Under the pieces are notes generated by a model. That model was not told where the DNA came from and did no database searches. It saw nothing but the letters and a program-made list of their open reading frames with translations. From the NCBI GenBank assembly GCA_016281125.1, contig JAEEIA010000060.1, positions 83,307 to 147,306 on the forward strand: DNA of 64,000 bases, in the 5' to 3' direction. This stretch comes from Oscillospiraceae bacterium (GTDB taxonomy: Bacteria; Bacillota; Clostridia; Oscillospirales; Ruminococcaceae). A program made the position numbers and the translations under genes. This document shows, piece by piece, positions 1 to 10,120 of the stretch; the stretch's first letter is position 1, and the number at the start of each line of letters is the position of its first letter.

Positions 1-1689
1 GTTCGGGATGTCATACTTGACCTTGATCACCAGCTCCATGACGCCGCTGGACTTGATTGCTTCCAGATCGACATGCTCTGCGAGCAGCGCCTTGGTGCGG
101 TGATAGACATGCAGAATCAGCTCCATCATGCGGAACTGCTTATCCAGCGGGACATAGGTATCCTCCGCGTGATACGCATTCTGCTGCAGGAATCCGACGC
201 GGATCAGACGCGCAATCTCAATGACGAGCTTCTGGTCGTCCGGCAGCACATCGGAACCGATCAGGCGGACGATGTCCATGAGCGACTGTTCCTCTTTCAG
301 CAATGCGCTGATCTCGGTGCGGTACTCATTGAACTTCATGTCAACCTGTTTTTCGTAATACGGTGCGAGATCGTCCAGATACTCGCTGTAACTCATATTC
401 CAGTTGATTGCCGGGTAGTGGCGGGCATAGGCCAACGCCTTGTCCAGACCCCAGAAGCAGCGCACAAAGCGGCGCGTATTCTGTGTGACCGGCTCGGAAA
501 AATCAGAGCCCTGCGGCGAAACAGCGCCGATGACCGTCACGCTGCCCTCTCTGCCGTTGAGCGTTTCGTAAGCGCCGGTGCGCTCGTAGAACTCGGACAG
601 TCTGGACGGCAGATAGGCCGGATAGCCTTCCTCAGCGGGCATCTCCTCCAGACGGCCGGAGATTTCGCGGAGCGCCTCCGCCCAGCGGGAGGTGGAATCC
701 GCCATGATGGCGATATGATAACCCATGTCGCGGTAATATTCCGCCAGCGTGATGCCGGTGTAGATGGACGCCTCACGCGCCGCAACCGGCATGTTCGAGG
801 TGTTGGCGATCAGCACGGTGCGCTCCATCAGGGACTTGCCCGTGCGCGGATCCTTCAGTGCGGTAAATTCTTCGAGCACCTGCGTCATCTCGTTGCCGCG
901 CTCGCCGCAGCCGATATACACAATAATATCCGCGTCGCACCACTTTGCGATCTGGTGCTGCGTCATGGTCTTGCCGGTGCCGAAGCCGCCCGGAATCGCC
1001 GCTGTGCCGCCTCTTGCAATCGGGAACAGCGTATCCAGCACACGCTGACCGGTGATCATCGGGCGGGACGGCGCAAGACGCTTTGCGGCAGGTCTTGCGC
1101 GGCGGATCGGCCACTTCTGGCAGAGCGTCAGCGAATGGACTCTGCCGGCCGCATCCTCAAGGCGCACGATTTCGTCATTGATCTTGTATTTGCCGTCCGG
1201 CGCGGCATACACAACCTTGCCGGAGAGATTCGGCGGAACCATGCACAGGTGCAGGATCGCGGAGGTTTCCGGGCAGGAAGCATAGGCCTCGCCCGGCTGC
1301 ATCATCGTTCCGACCCTGACCTTGATGTCAACGTCGTATTCTTTTTCGGTATTCAGGATCGGCACGTCCAGTCCGTCCCCGATGAACGCGCCGGAGGCCT
1401 GCTCCAGCGCACGGAGCGGACGCTCAATGCCGTCAAAGATATTCGTCAGGATGCCCGGGCCGAGTGTCACGGACATCGGCGCGCCGGTCGGCTCAACAGG
1501 CTCACCCGTTTGCAGGCCGGAGGTGCTCTCGTAAACCTGAATGGTCGTTTCGGTATCCGTCAGGCCGATGACCTCACCGATCAGTCTGCGGTTGCCGACA
1601 TAGACCATTTCCATCATGGAGAACACATTGGTATTGCGGATTTTCACAACAGGGCCGTTGACGCTGTAAATAACCGGCTGCTGCATCAT
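1..1689 (-). CDS. ntpA: V-type ATP synthase catalytic subunit A (partial; C-terminus lies beyond the window start)
   Basis: Absent from the ORF track because no stop falls in the window. My reverse translation from the ATG at 1687-1689 gives [15 protein letters not shown]... and a Walker [23 protein letters not shown] (about 960-1030). ATGA overlap with the subunit E stop. Confidence 0.9.
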   Translation of the reverse strand, partial: MMQQPVIYSVNGPVVKIRNTNVFSMMEMVYVGNRRLIGEVIGLTDTETTIQVYESTSGLQTGEPVEPTGAPMSVTLGPGILTNIFDGIERPLRALEQASGAFIGDGLDVPILNTEKEYDVDIKVRVGTMMQPGEAYASCPETSAILHLCMVPPNLSGKVVYAAPDGKYKINDEIVRLEDAAGRVHSLTLCQKWPIRRARPAAKRLAPSRPMITGQRVLDTLFPIARGGTAAIPGGFGTGKTMTQHQIAKWCDADIIVYIGCGERGNEMTQVLEEFTALKDPRTGKSLMERTVLIANTSNMPVAAREASIYTGITLAEYYRDMGYHIAIMADSTSRWAEALREISGRLEEMPAEEGYPAYLPSRLSEFYERTGAYETLNGREGSVTVIGAVSPQGSDFSEPVTQNTRRFVRCFWGLDKALAYARHYPAINWNMSYSEYLDDLAPYYEKQVDMKFNEYRTEISALLKEEQSLMDIVRLIGSDVLPDDQKLVIEIARLIRVGFLQQNAYHAEDTYVPLDKQFRMMELILHVYHRTKALLAEHVDLEAIKSSGVMELVIKVKYDIPN

Positions 1690-2276
1690 TCGTTCCCCCC
1701 GTCGATTTTATGATTGCGGTAAAAGTTGCGCAGCTGCTCCGCATACGCCTCATCAAGCGTATGGTTTTTGCAGCGTCTGCCGTCTGCGGACAGCACGGAA
1801 AGCCCGCCGAGCAGAATGCTCTTGTCCGCGCGGAAGCTGACAGGAACAGAAATCGCCTGACTGAGCGCCTGCTGCATCGGCAGATCCGCCTCGCGCAGCA
1901 GAACCGTCGCGTTCTCCTCCGGGGCATTCTCCGAAAGCAGCTTCTTCATCCACGGCAGATAATCCTCCGAGGCCGTAAAGGCCGTCAGCTTTTCCCGCAG
2001 TGCATCGAACAGCCCCATCAGGAGCGTCTGCCGGCGGCTGAGCAGCGCAGTCTTGCCGTTATAGCCGATTTGTGACATCCGTTTCTGATACTTGGCAGTG
2101 ATGCGGGCGCGCGCCTTTGCAACGGTATGCTCTGCATCCGCTCTGCAACGCGTTTCCGCCTCCTGCAGGATCTGTTCCGCCTCCTGCTGCGCCTCGCGCT
2201 CTGCCTGTGCGATCTCCGCATCCGTGCTGCGGGTGACCGATTCCATAAACTGCGTTAGCTTCTGATTTGCGTCCAT
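1686..2276 (-). CDS. ntpE: V-type ATP synthase subunit E (peripheral stalk)
   Basis: ORF 1686..2312. Charged coiled-coil N-terminus (AEREAQQEAEQILQEAE). Operon position between F and A. Start chosen at MDANQKL (ATG 2274-2276); the upstream ATG at 2312 is also possible. Confidence 0.8.
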   Translation of the reverse strand: MDANQKLTQFMESVTRSTDAEIAQAEREAQQEAEQILQEAETRCRADAEHTVAKARARITAKYQKRMSQIGYNGKTALLSRRQTLLMGLFDALREKLTAFTASEDYLPWMKKLLSENAPEENATVLLREADLPMQQALSQAISVPVSFRADKSILLGGLSVLSADGRRCKNHTLDEAYAEQLRNFYRNHKIDGGNE

Positions 2277-2339
2277 TTCAAACCAATCCTTATAAACAGG
2301 TACACGGAGCAAGGAGCAGCCCTCGCCCCGCGCACAATC

Positions 2340-2648
2340 TTATATGTGGATACCGACCGTTTCCGCCAGATAGCGGGAAATCGCAGCGGTCATATCCGCG
2401 CTTCCGTGCCGGTCCGGGATCACAACAAGCAACGGCACGGAAACATGTGTTTTCAGCTCCAGCACCTCCGCCTCACAGAGTGCCGCGAGCTTTTCCGTAA
2501 TGAGCACAACCGCGACCTGATCCTCATGCATCGCTTTGCTGAGTACGGCGAGCGCTTCCTCGCGTGTATGCGCAATCTGACCCGCAAAGCCGGCGAGGCG
2601 CATGCCCATGAGGGTATCGGTGTTGTCGCTGATGACAAACCCACGCAT
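2340..2648 (-). CDS. ntpF: V-type ATP synthase subunit F
   Basis: 102 aa with typical size and sequence (MRGFVISDNTDTLMGMRLAGF...). Sits in the operon and overlaps the K stop by 1 nt. Confidence 0.8.
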   Translation of the reverse strand: MRGFVISDNTDTLMGMRLAGFAGQIAHTREEALAVLSKAMHEDQVAVVLITEKLAALCEAEVLELKTHVSVPLLVVIPDRHGSADMTAAISRYLAETVGIHI

Positions 2649-3088
2649 TACAGCTTATTGATGATCATGATGGCGATCAGAACGCCGTAGATGCCAACGC
2701 CTTCGCCCAGTGCAACGAAAATCAGCGCCTTGGAGAAGGACTTTGCATCCTCAGCCAGCGCACCGATTGCAGCCGTTGCCGCATTGCCGACGGCCATGCC
2801 GCAGCCGATACATGCAACGCCGACGGAGAGTGCAGCCGACAGGAAGCCGAGTCCCTGTGCAGAGCCGCTTGCTGCTGCCTGTGCCGTATCCGCAGAAACA
2901 AAGCCGCCGATCGGCAGTGCGACCGCCGCCAGCATGACAGCACCGAATGCACAGATATTCGTGATCATTGCACGGCGCAGTGTTTTTCCGTCCTTCTTCT
3001 TGGTGATTGCCGCATAAACCGGCAGGAACAGCATTGCCACGATCAGCAGCGGCAGCAGGATGATCTCCAGAATTTCATAAACAGACAT
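2648..3088 (-). CDS. ntpK: V-type ATP synthase subunit K (proteolipid c-ring)
   Basis: 146 aa. Gly/Ala-rich hydrophobic helices with a conserved acidic site (ALGEGVGIYG). Confidence 0.85.
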   Translation of the reverse strand: MSVYEILEIILLPLLIVAMLFLPVYAAITKKKDGKTLRRAMITNICAFGAVMLAAVALPIGGFVSADTAQAAASGSAQGLGFLSAALSVGVACIGCGMAVGNAATAAIGALAEDAKSFSKALIFVALGEGVGIYGVLIAIMIINKL

Positions 3089-3108
3089 AGTTTTTACCTC
3101 CTAAAAAT

Positions 3109-5076
3109 TCAAGCGTGTGCAGTCTGCTCGGACTGCCTTGTTTCGGAATAATCGTCGAACGTCACCGTGACCGGTGTAAAGGGCTTGCCGTCGCCGTCGT
3201 AGCAGCGGGAGAAGATTTCGTAGAATTCCAGACGCAGCACCTGAATGCCGACGATCAGGCCCTCCAGACACATGACAAACAGGTTGCCGATGATGACTGT
3301 GATGACGGATTTGTGATCCTTGCCGATATTCTCGGCCAGTGTCATGACCACGCCCATCAGTCCGGCATGGGAGAACACAAAGCCGCCGACACGGACAAAC
3401 GAAATCGTGTTGGACGTGTAGCCAATCAGGAATTCAATGCATTCGCACAGATTACATGCGATAAACTCGCCGATCGGGGGCATCTCATAATGCTTGCGTG
3501 CCATCCAGTGGCCGAGCGGCTCACGGAAGAACATCAGCAGCAGCGTGCCGCCGAGAACTGCGAATGCAGCGCCCTGCGGAATGATCTGCTTTCCGGTCAC
3601 AAGCCCGACAATCAGCAGCAGGGCGGATGAGAAGAATGCCAGACCTGCAATGCCGTTGTTGCCGAATACCGCTTCATCATATTCGCGGTGCTTCAGCCGC
3701 ATGACGATGTTGATGAGAATGGAGATGAGGATGATTGCCGCACCGATGCCGATTGCACCGTAGATAAAGACATTCGTGTTTTCCATCGCCTTCAGCGGCA
3801 GGAACGGAATGCCGGTTTTCTCCCACAGCGGATCGAGTGCCTCCTCAAAGCCGAACACCGATCCGTACAGCGTACCGAACACCGCACTGGAAACGCCGAT
3901 GCGCGTCATGATGCCGCCGAGCGAGAAATTCTTTTTCTTGTCGAGGAACCAGCCGATCAGTGCAAGTACAAGACCCTGCCCGAGGTCGCCGAACATGATG
4001 CCGAACAGCAGCGTGTAGGTGATTGCCACAAAGGACGTCGGGTTGTAGCCGTTGTAATTCGGCAGGCCATACATTTCCACGAACATGGAAAACGGTTTGG
4101 AGAACCAGCCGTTTTTCAGCCGGACAGGCGGCTGTACCCTGGAATCCGCCCACGGCGCCTCATAGGTCACACTGATGTCCGGCACCTTGTCGATGAACTT
4201 TTTGAAGTTCTCCTTTTCCGAAACCGGAACATAGCCCATCAGGCTGAATTTATCCTGTGTCCGGATGCACTGCGAACGCAGCTTCCAGATCTCGCTCTCG
4301 TACTTGGCAAAGCGGTACATCCGGCCGAGCTGATCCGCTTCGGCCTCGATGATGCCGTCCTCTGCCTTTTCCAGCCGCTCCAGATCCGCTTTCCGTTCGG
4401 TCAGCCGGATCTGAATGTCCTTGAGCGCCTGCTCCGGCGTGCCGGTCAGATCCGGCGGGAGCTCATAGCGTTCAAAGAGCAGCCCCTTCATGATCGCATC
4501 GGCGGACATGATCCGCTCCTGCGCGGCGAAGTAAAAGCCCCACACATATTCATGCGCGGTGTGATACGCCTGGAAAATGAAGCCTGCATCGGTATAAAAA
4601 TCCAGCTTCTGCAAATTCTCCTCCGGCATTCTGCCGAAGCGGTAGAGAATATGTTTGCATTTGGTCAGCTCTCCGAGATCCAGCTCTGAGGGCTGAAGAT
4701 GTTTCAGGTGGATCGCCGCGCTTTCATAATCCGCAATCTGTCTGCGTGCGTTCTCCAGCTCATCGCGGACGGTTTTCAGCCGGTCTGAGATCCGCTTTGC
4801 TTCATCAAGGATCTGCTCCGGCGTAAACTCCTCCGGCAGCGGCTCTGCATCGGGATCCAGCTGAATCTTCCGCAGATCCAGCTCCAGCAGCGCATGCAGC
4901 GGATCGGCATAGGGATTGATCAGCCCTGCGCCGCCGCCGGAATCCTCCGTGCTGCCGAGCAGCTTGGCGGCATTCTCAATATGGAACACCTTGCTGCGCA
5001 GACAGGCTGTAATCGCTGCATTGAGCTGCGGGAGAGCGCCGGCGATGCTGACCAGCTCCAGCTTTTCAATGGACAA
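3109..5076 (-). CDS. ntpI: V-type ATP synthase subunit I (membrane a-subunit)
   Basis: 655 aa. Soluble coiled-coil N-terminal half plus a multi-TM C-terminal half. Operon context. Confidence 0.85.
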   Translation of the reverse strand: MSIEKLELVSIAGALPQLNAAITACLRSKVFHIENAAKLLGSTEDSGGGAGLINPYADPLHALLELDLRKIQLDPDAEPLPEEFTPEQILDEAKRISDRLKTVRDELENARRQIADYESAAIHLKHLQPSELDLGELTKCKHILYRFGRMPEENLQKLDFYTDAGFIFQAYHTAHEYVWGFYFAAQERIMSADAIMKGLLFERYELPPDLTGTPEQALKDIQIRLTERKADLERLEKAEDGIIEAEADQLGRMYRFAKYESEIWKLRSQCIRTQDKFSLMGYVPVSEKENFKKFIDKVPDISVTYEAPWADSRVQPPVRLKNGWFSKPFSMFVEMYGLPNYNGYNPTSFVAITYTLLFGIMFGDLGQGLVLALIGWFLDKKKNFSLGGIMTRIGVSSAVFGTLYGSVFGFEEALDPLWEKTGIPFLPLKAMENTNVFIYGAIGIGAAIILISILINIVMRLKHREYDEAVFGNNGIAGLAFFSSALLLIVGLVTGKQIIPQGAAFAVLGGTLLLMFFREPLGHWMARKHYEMPPIGEFIACNLCECIEFLIGYTSNTISFVRVGGFVFSHAGLMGVVMTLAENIGKDHKSVITVIIGNLFVMCLEGLIVGIQVLRLEFYEIFSRCYDGDGKPFTPVTVTFDDYSETRQSEQTAHA

Positions 5077-5095
5077 AATAACACCTCCCGGACGG

Positions 5096-6151
5096 TCAGT
5101 CCTCCATAATCAGGAGCGACTGTATATACGGTACGGATTTTTCGTACCGGATACCTTCAATGATGGTTATGAGGTTGCGCACCTCAATCTGAAAGAGCAC
5201 ATGCACCGCGTACAGACTGACGGCTGCATGGCCGGAAAAATGAAGCGCCTTGCGCGCGCTCTTCCAGCGCAGGCACTGGAATGCATGCTCCAGCCGGACG
5301 GATTCCGGCGTATCCGAATGAGAGAGCTCATCGAGCATCCGCCCGTAGCGCGTGGTATGCAGCACCTCAATGAACGTGTTAAGGTCAGGCGCCGAATAGA
5401 GCTGCTCACAGGTTTTCTTCGGCAGACGTCCCTGAATCGGGAGCATCATCTCTCTGAGAACTTCCTCATCCGCCGAAAAGACGCGCTTTAAGCGATAGGC
5501 GTTGATCAGATTGATCAGGTCGATCTGCTCCCCGATCAGCTCCTTGAGCGCGTTCAGATCGTCGCCCTTGACGGTTTCCTCCGCCTCTTTCAGAATGCGT
5601 TCCAGACAGCAGGCGCGCAGGCCGATCTCACAGGCGGAATAATCCCGGACGATATTCCCCTTGCTGCAAAACTTTTTCAGCACCGCAGCATAGGGCGTCT
5701 GGGCAACCGCCGCAATGATTTCGTCGGTTGTTTCCGCACGCGCGAGCTTTTCCTGCGAAAAGCTGAGATACGGATCAAGCCACGCATCCATGGCGGAGAT
5801 ATAGGCCTCCGGTCCGCTCGGAATCAGCTGAATCTTTTTGATCAGCTCGCGGATCTCGTAATCGTAGATAAAAAAGCGGAAAAACGGCGTATGCTGCAAG
5901 TGCTCCAGGCTGCAAAAACGCAGACACTGCGTAAACAGATTGCGGCTGAGCAGCATTTCCAGGTATCCGCGGTGTGTATAGGACGGCTCCAGACCCTGAA
6001 GCAGTTCGCCGTAGCCCTCGGTTTCCTTCAGGAACGCGACAATCTCCGCGACGGAATGCATGTTCATCAGGTCGCGGTAATCGGCTGCTTGAAGGCGCTG
6101 GCCGTAGGCTGCGCGGATTGCAGCGGCGGTCGCATGATAACTCTTTGCCAT
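5096..6151 (-). CDS. ntpC: V-type ATP synthase subunit C (V0 d-like)
   Basis: 351 aa. Size and position upstream of subunit I are typical of the A/V-type C subunit. Confidence 0.75.
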   Translation of the reverse strand: MAKSYHATAAAIRAAYGQRLQAADYRDLMNMHSVAEIVAFLKETEGYGELLQGLEPSYTHRGYLEMLLSRNLFTQCLRFCSLEHLQHTPFFRFFIYDYEIRELIKKIQLIPSGPEAYISAMDAWLDPYLSFSQEKLARAETTDEIIAAVAQTPYAAVLKKFCSKGNIVRDYSACEIGLRACCLERILKEAEETVKGDDLNALKELIGEQIDLINLINAYRLKRVFSADEEVLREMMLPIQGRLPKKTCEQLYSAPDLNTFIEVLHTTRYGRMLDELSHSDTPESVRLEHAFQCLRWKSARKALHFSGHAAVSLYAVHVLFQIEVRNLITIIEGIRYEKSVPYIQSLLIMED

Positions 6152-6156
6152 CGGCT

Positions 6157-6477
6157 TTATGCCTCCGCTGCACGCAGGGTTTCTTCAAACAGCGTATTCA
6201 GCAGTGTATTGTGCTGCGTTTCAAACTGCCGCTCCATCGCCTCGGAACGGCTCTCAAAGCCGGCGCGCAGCTCCGCGATTTTGCGGTCGCATTCGGTGCG
6301 TGCCTGCTCCTCCAGCTCCGTGACGGTATCGCGCGTCTGGTGCTTCTGTGCCTGTGCAATGGCATCCGCCTGCGCTCTGGCGTTTTCAAGAATCTGCGCA
6401 CATGTATTCCGGGAGGCCGTAAGGCGTTCCTCGGTCTGTGCATCCAGCTCCAGAATTTTCCGGATCGTCTGATCCAT
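6157..6477 (-). CDS. Small coiled-coil V-ATPase stalk protein (G/H-like)
   Basis: 106 aa. Highly charged helical sequence and first gene of the operon. The call rests on context only. Confidence 0.5.
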   Translation of the reverse strand: MDQTIRKILELDAQTEERLTASRNTCAQILENARAQADAIAQAQKHQTRDTVTELEEQARTECDRKIAELRAGFESRSEAMERQFETQHNTLLNTLFEETLRAAEA

Positions 6478-6647
6478 TGACGCCGCCCCTTTCTGTATCA
6501 GTAGGATTTTTGTGCAATCTGACAGGACAAATCCGCAGAAATATACGGATGCATGTCGGAATGCGGCATTCCCGCGGTGCGAATCCGGCCTTATGGGACA
6601 AATCTTTCGGAAAACTGCACAAACGCGAGCTTCAAAAATACAGGTTC

Positions 6648-6676
6648 ATTATACTCCAATTTGTATGAAATGTCAA
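6648..6676 (-). promoter_or_regulatory. Sigma-A type promoter of the V-ATPase operon
   Basis: The minus strand reads TTGACA (6671-6676), an exact 17-nt spacer, then TATAAT (6648-6653). Confidence 0.6.
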
Positions 6677-6978
6677 GAGAAACGCCGCTTTTTTATAAGC
6701 GAAAAAAACCGCCCGTACAGGCGATTTTTTGGGCATACGGCACACCGCGGAAGCAGGCGTGCATTCAGGCGCAGAAAACGGTGAACAGAGAATTTTGCTG
6801 CAAGGTTCTAGGGGTTCCTGCACTGAGATGCAGGCGCTGATTCTTCGGTCAGCGCCTCAGACAGCAAGGGGGCGCTGTGCGATGATCTGTTATGAGGGCT
6901 TTGATCTCAACCTCCCGCCGGGGATGAATTCCCAGACAACATTTCTGCATAAAACAACGCAGCTGCAAGCATTTTATC

Positions 6979-7089
6979 AAAATGGGATTCTTAAAGGCCA
7001 GCAGCCCTTAAGCGGGGTTTGGGTGAATTTGCGGTGCAAACTCAGAGCGAAGCGGGCGAACGCCCCCTTATGAATCAGCCGGAGGCACC
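6979..7089 (-). repeat. GGTATC-end structured repeat, copy G (divergent, with a ~30-nt insertion)
   Basis: The reverse complement aligns to copy E: GGGATTCTTAAAGGCCAGCAGCCCTTAAGCGGGG...GGGCGAACGCCCCCTTATGAATCAGCCGGAGGCACC. It overlaps the last codons and the stop of the AI-2E gene. Confidence 0.7.
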
Positions 7090-8186
7090 TCAATAATCAG
7101 CGCATACAAAACGGCGGCAGCCGGGACGCCGAGCAGCATTCCGGCTGCGCCGCAGAGTCCGCCGCCGACCACAATCGCGGCCATGACCCACGCGGGCGGA
7201 AGGCCGATTGAATGCCCGACCACCCGCGGATAAATCAGATTGCTCTCGATTTGCTGGAGGACGACAATATACACCAAAAACCAGAGTGCGGCATCCGGCT
7301 TTACCAGCAGCAGAAGCAGTGCGCACGGTACGGTTCCGGCAATCGGTCCGAAATACGGCACGATATTCGTGATGCCGATGACCGTGCCGATCAGCACCGG
7401 AAACGGAAAATGGAACAGCCGCATCCCGCCCCAGCACAGCACCCCGAGAATCAGCGACTCTCTGCACTGTGAACCGAGAAACCGTGCAAACGTGCCGCAG
7501 ATCATCCGAAGCCGCCGCAGAAGCCGCAGCATTTGTACGCAGCCGCCCCTCCTGCCGGAGAGTGCCAGCAGCTCCCGCCTCAGCCGCGGCTTGTCCGCGA
7601 GCAGATACAGCGAAAACACCGTCCCGATGCCGATATCCAGCAGCACGCCGAGCAGCGCTGCCGTTCCGTCGCAGGTTCGGTGCAGCAGCGACGGAATGCG
7701 CGTCCGGAGCTCCGCAAGCAGGTTTTCGAGCCTTGCCTGCGGGAACAGCGCCGCCAGCTTCGTATCCGTGAAACGCCTCGCCCACCGGATCAGATTATCG
7801 CTGTAAATGCTGATATTTTCCGAGATCATACGCATCGAGGCCGTCACCTGCGGCACCAGGATACACAGCAGACTGATCAGCACCAGCAGCGGCGGCAGGA
7901 TCGCACCGGTCAGCGCCGCCGGCCGGATCCAGCCTGTTCGCACCGGATGCCGGCGGCTTTCCGCAAATGCGGTCAGATCTGCGCGCAGCCGCTCATAGGA
8001 CGGCTCCAGCATCGTTGCGAACAGCACCCCGAGCAGCAGCGGACGCAGCACATGCAGCAGACGACGCAGCATGGCAAGCACGCTCTGGCCGTGCAGCAGC
8101 AAGGCTGCCAGCCCGAGCAGTACCGCGCCGCTGCCGGTGATGATCCGGAACAGCGGCTCCCGGAACAGTGTTTGCTTCTGCTGCAT
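7068..8186 (-). CDS. AI-2E family transporter (PerM-like permease)
   Basis: 372 aa polytopic membrane protein with NIVPYFGPIAGTVP and IYPRVVG motifs typical of AI-2E/UPF0118. Confidence 0.8.
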   Translation of the reverse strand: MQQKQTLFREPLFRIITGSGAVLLGLAALLLHGQSVLAMLRRLLHVLRPLLLGVLFATMLEPSYERLRADLTAFAESRRHPVRTGWIRPAALTGAILPPLLVLISLLCILVPQVTASMRMISENISIYSDNLIRWARRFTDTKLAALFPQARLENLLAELRTRIPSLLHRTCDGTAALLGVLLDIGIGTVFSLYLLADKPRLRRELLALSGRRGGCVQMLRLLRRLRMICGTFARFLGSQCRESLILGVLCWGGMRLFHFPFPVLIGTVIGITNIVPYFGPIAGTVPCALLLLLVKPDAALWFLVYIVVLQQIESNLIYPRVVGHSIGLPPAWVMAAIVVGGGLCGAAGMLLGVPAAAVLYALIIEVPPADS

Positions 8187-8201
8187 GGGGTTTCTCCTTT
8201 C

Positions 8202-8708
8202 TCAGACGGTCAGGCTGTTGAACATCATCGCCAGCCGGTTCCATGCCGCGAGATTGAGCTCTCCCGTTTCCGGCAGACCGGCCAGCTGCTGCAAGCTCCT
8301 GACGGCAGCCTCCGTTTCCCCGTCAAATACGCCGGACATCCCGGCAGGCGCAATATTGGCATATCGCTTTGCCGCCAGATTCAGCAGGCTCTGCACAAGC
8401 AGCACCTGCTCTCCGCTGTCGCCGCGCCGCAGCAGAAAGCTGCCGGACGGGAATACGCGTAGCGGGATTGCTTCTGCGGTCAGTCTGCGGTATGCCTCCG
8501 TAATCTGATTCCAGGTCTGCCCGTCGATCTCGCCGGTCACGGGCAGACCGTAAGCCTCCTGAAACGCGCGGACGGCCAGCGCCGCTTCCTCGGAATATTC
8601 CTTCTGCGGCAGGACAATCGGGATGCGGCTGTCCCGCAGTGCGACCTGATAGAGCATACCGAGAATCTCCTCGATATGCTCCTGCTTCTGAGCTTCTGTA
8701 TACAGCAT
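8202..8708 (-). CDS. Peptidoglycan-binding domain protein (two PG_binding_1-like repeats)
   Basis: 168 aa. Two copies of the AVRxFQxxxGLPxTGExD motif. Confidence 0.7.
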   Translation of the reverse strand: MLYTEAQKQEHIEEILGMLYQVALRDSRIPIVLPQKEYSEEAALAVRAFQEAYGLPVTGEIDGQTWNQITEAYRRLTAEAIPLRVFPSGSFLLRRGDSGEQVLLVQSLLNLAAKRYANIAPAGMSGVFDGETEAAVRSLQQLAGLPETGELNLAAWNRLAMMFNSLTV

Positions 8709-8718
8709 CGCTGCCTCC

Positions 8719-10113
8719 TTATCGGATCGTATAGCCCGGCGCCTGATAGGGACGTTTGCCCGCGCCGCATTTCATCTCGGAATACACGCCGGTGATGATA
8801 TCCCACGTCACCGCGCCGACCTGTCCGTTCGGCGTCAGGCCGTATTCCCGCTGGAAGGCCTGCACCGCCGCTTTGGTGATCGGCCCGAAATATCCGGTAT
8901 CCGTCACCGGCTGAATGTTCGGATCAAATTGCGCAATGTACGTCAGATATTGCTGCAACAGGCGGACATTTTCGCTGGATACGCCCTCGCGCAGCACCTC
9001 GTTCGGAAAGATCCGGACGCATTCTGCCTCCGGCTCGGACGCAAGGATTCCGGCATAGGCGCGGTAGAGCTCGTTCCAGGTGCGCTTATCGGCAATTCCG
9101 GTCTGCGGCAGCCCGTAGGTCTGCTGAAAGGAGCGCACGGAATCCGCGGTGGCCGCGTCGTAGCTTCCGGTGATCTGAAGCGGAATCACACTCTGGTAGT
9201 ATGCCCCGACAACCGCAAGATAATACTGAAATGCACGGACGGCATTGCCGTAATCGCCCTGCCGGAGAATCTCCGGATAGCTTCGCGTCAGCTCGTCGTA
9301 CTGCAAGCCCTCCGACCGGAGCTCCGCCAGCTGCTTGACGCTGACATAGATATACGATAAGCGGTACCATGTGGCCTCATTGACAATGCCGGTCGGCTCC
9401 AGCTCAAACACCGACTGAAAGACGCGCACCGCGTTTGCAGTGTTTTCGTCGAAGATGCCGTCGGCATCCGCGATTTTGGGGATTGCGGGGAAATTCTGTG
9501 CAACGCGGTTAAGCTGAATCTGGATTGTCTGGACGTCATTGCCGACCATGCCGGTCTGCTGATCGGCGCCCGGCCAGCTCGGCGTGACAGCGCGGATTTC
9601 CTGTGCGCGGATCAGGTCAATGTCCTCGCCGTAGTAATACTGCAAAATCTCATACGGCGTCATGCCCTGATTGGCCAGTCCGACCGTTCCCCACTGGGAA
9701 AGCCCCTCACAGCGGGTGCGGGAGCCGTCGCAGAACGCGGCGAACAGCGGCTCAAAGCTGCCCTGCCTGCGGATGTAAGAGCGGATCAGCTCATCGGTCA
9801 GGCGGCTGATGTTCTCAAAGATTTCGCGCCCGTAAACAAAGGCCTGATCGTACTGCGTGGAATTGGTAATGTCAAACGGATACCCGCGGGAACGGTACCA
9901 TTCAGTATAAATGCGGTTGAGCGCAAAGCTGTTGATCACGTAGATATTGGCACGCAGAGCGTTTTCCGGCCATGTCGGAAAGATCTCGCTTGAGGCGGTA
10001 TTCTGAACATAGCGGATGTAGGGAATTGTCACATTGGCGGCGTCGGCGTCCGGCGGCCCGAGATGAACCGTGATTGTTTCGGGGATAAAGACCTCTCCGC
10101 TGAGCATTGGCAT
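8719..10113 (-). CDS. SleC-like spore cortex-lytic enzyme core plus three PG-binding repeats
   Basis: 464 aa. The N-terminal block IPYIRYVQNTASSEIFPTWPENALRANIYVINSFALNRIYTEWYRSRGYPFDIT...FCDGSRTRCEGLSQWG resembles my recollection of the clostridial SleC catalytic region. It is followed by repeated VRxFQxxxGLxxTG modules. RBS GGGGA lies before the ATG. Confidence 0.7.
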   Translation of the reverse strand: MPMLSGEVFIPETITVHLGPPDADAANVTIPYIRYVQNTASSEIFPTWPENALRANIYVINSFALNRIYTEWYRSRGYPFDITNSTQYDQAFVYGREIFENISRLTDELIRSYIRRQGSFEPLFAAFCDGSRTRCEGLSQWGTVGLANQGMTPYEILQYYYGEDIDLIRAQEIRAVTPSWPGADQQTGMVGNDVQTIQIQLNRVAQNFPAIPKIADADGIFDENTANAVRVFQSVFELEPTGIVNEATWYRLSYIYVSVKQLAELRSEGLQYDELTRSYPEILRQGDYGNAVRAFQYYLAVVGAYYQSVIPLQITGSYDAATADSVRSFQQTYGLPQTGIADKRTWNELYRAYAGILASEPEAECVRIFPNEVLREGVSSENVRLLQQYLTYIAQFDPNIQPVTDTGYFGPITKAAVQAFQREYGLTPNGQVGAVTWDIITGVYSEMKCGAGKRPYQAPGYTIR

Positions 10114-10120
10114 TCCCCTT

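Noticed and set aside
73-1713. 546-aa plus-strand ORF covering the left edge. Similar long ORFs occur at 3688..4689, 7533..8462, 16138..17043, 17241..19001, 19107..20534, 24345..25940, 26082..27257, 27810..28904, 28901..29857, 29541..30695, 31667..33040, 46130..47386, 50279..51124 and 53242..54909. More occur at 57951..59336 on the plus strand, and at 33297..34346, 34996..36210, 51850..53163, 56275..57363, 60504..61145 and 62917..63816 on the minus strand.
   Set aside because: All lie antisense to ORFs with clear family motifs (V-ATPase A Walker A, ABC-F, GH13, DapL and others). They are Arg/Ala/Gly/His/Gln-rich low-complexity translations typical of stop-poor shadow frames in high-GC DNA. 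They lack RBSs and recognisable domains.
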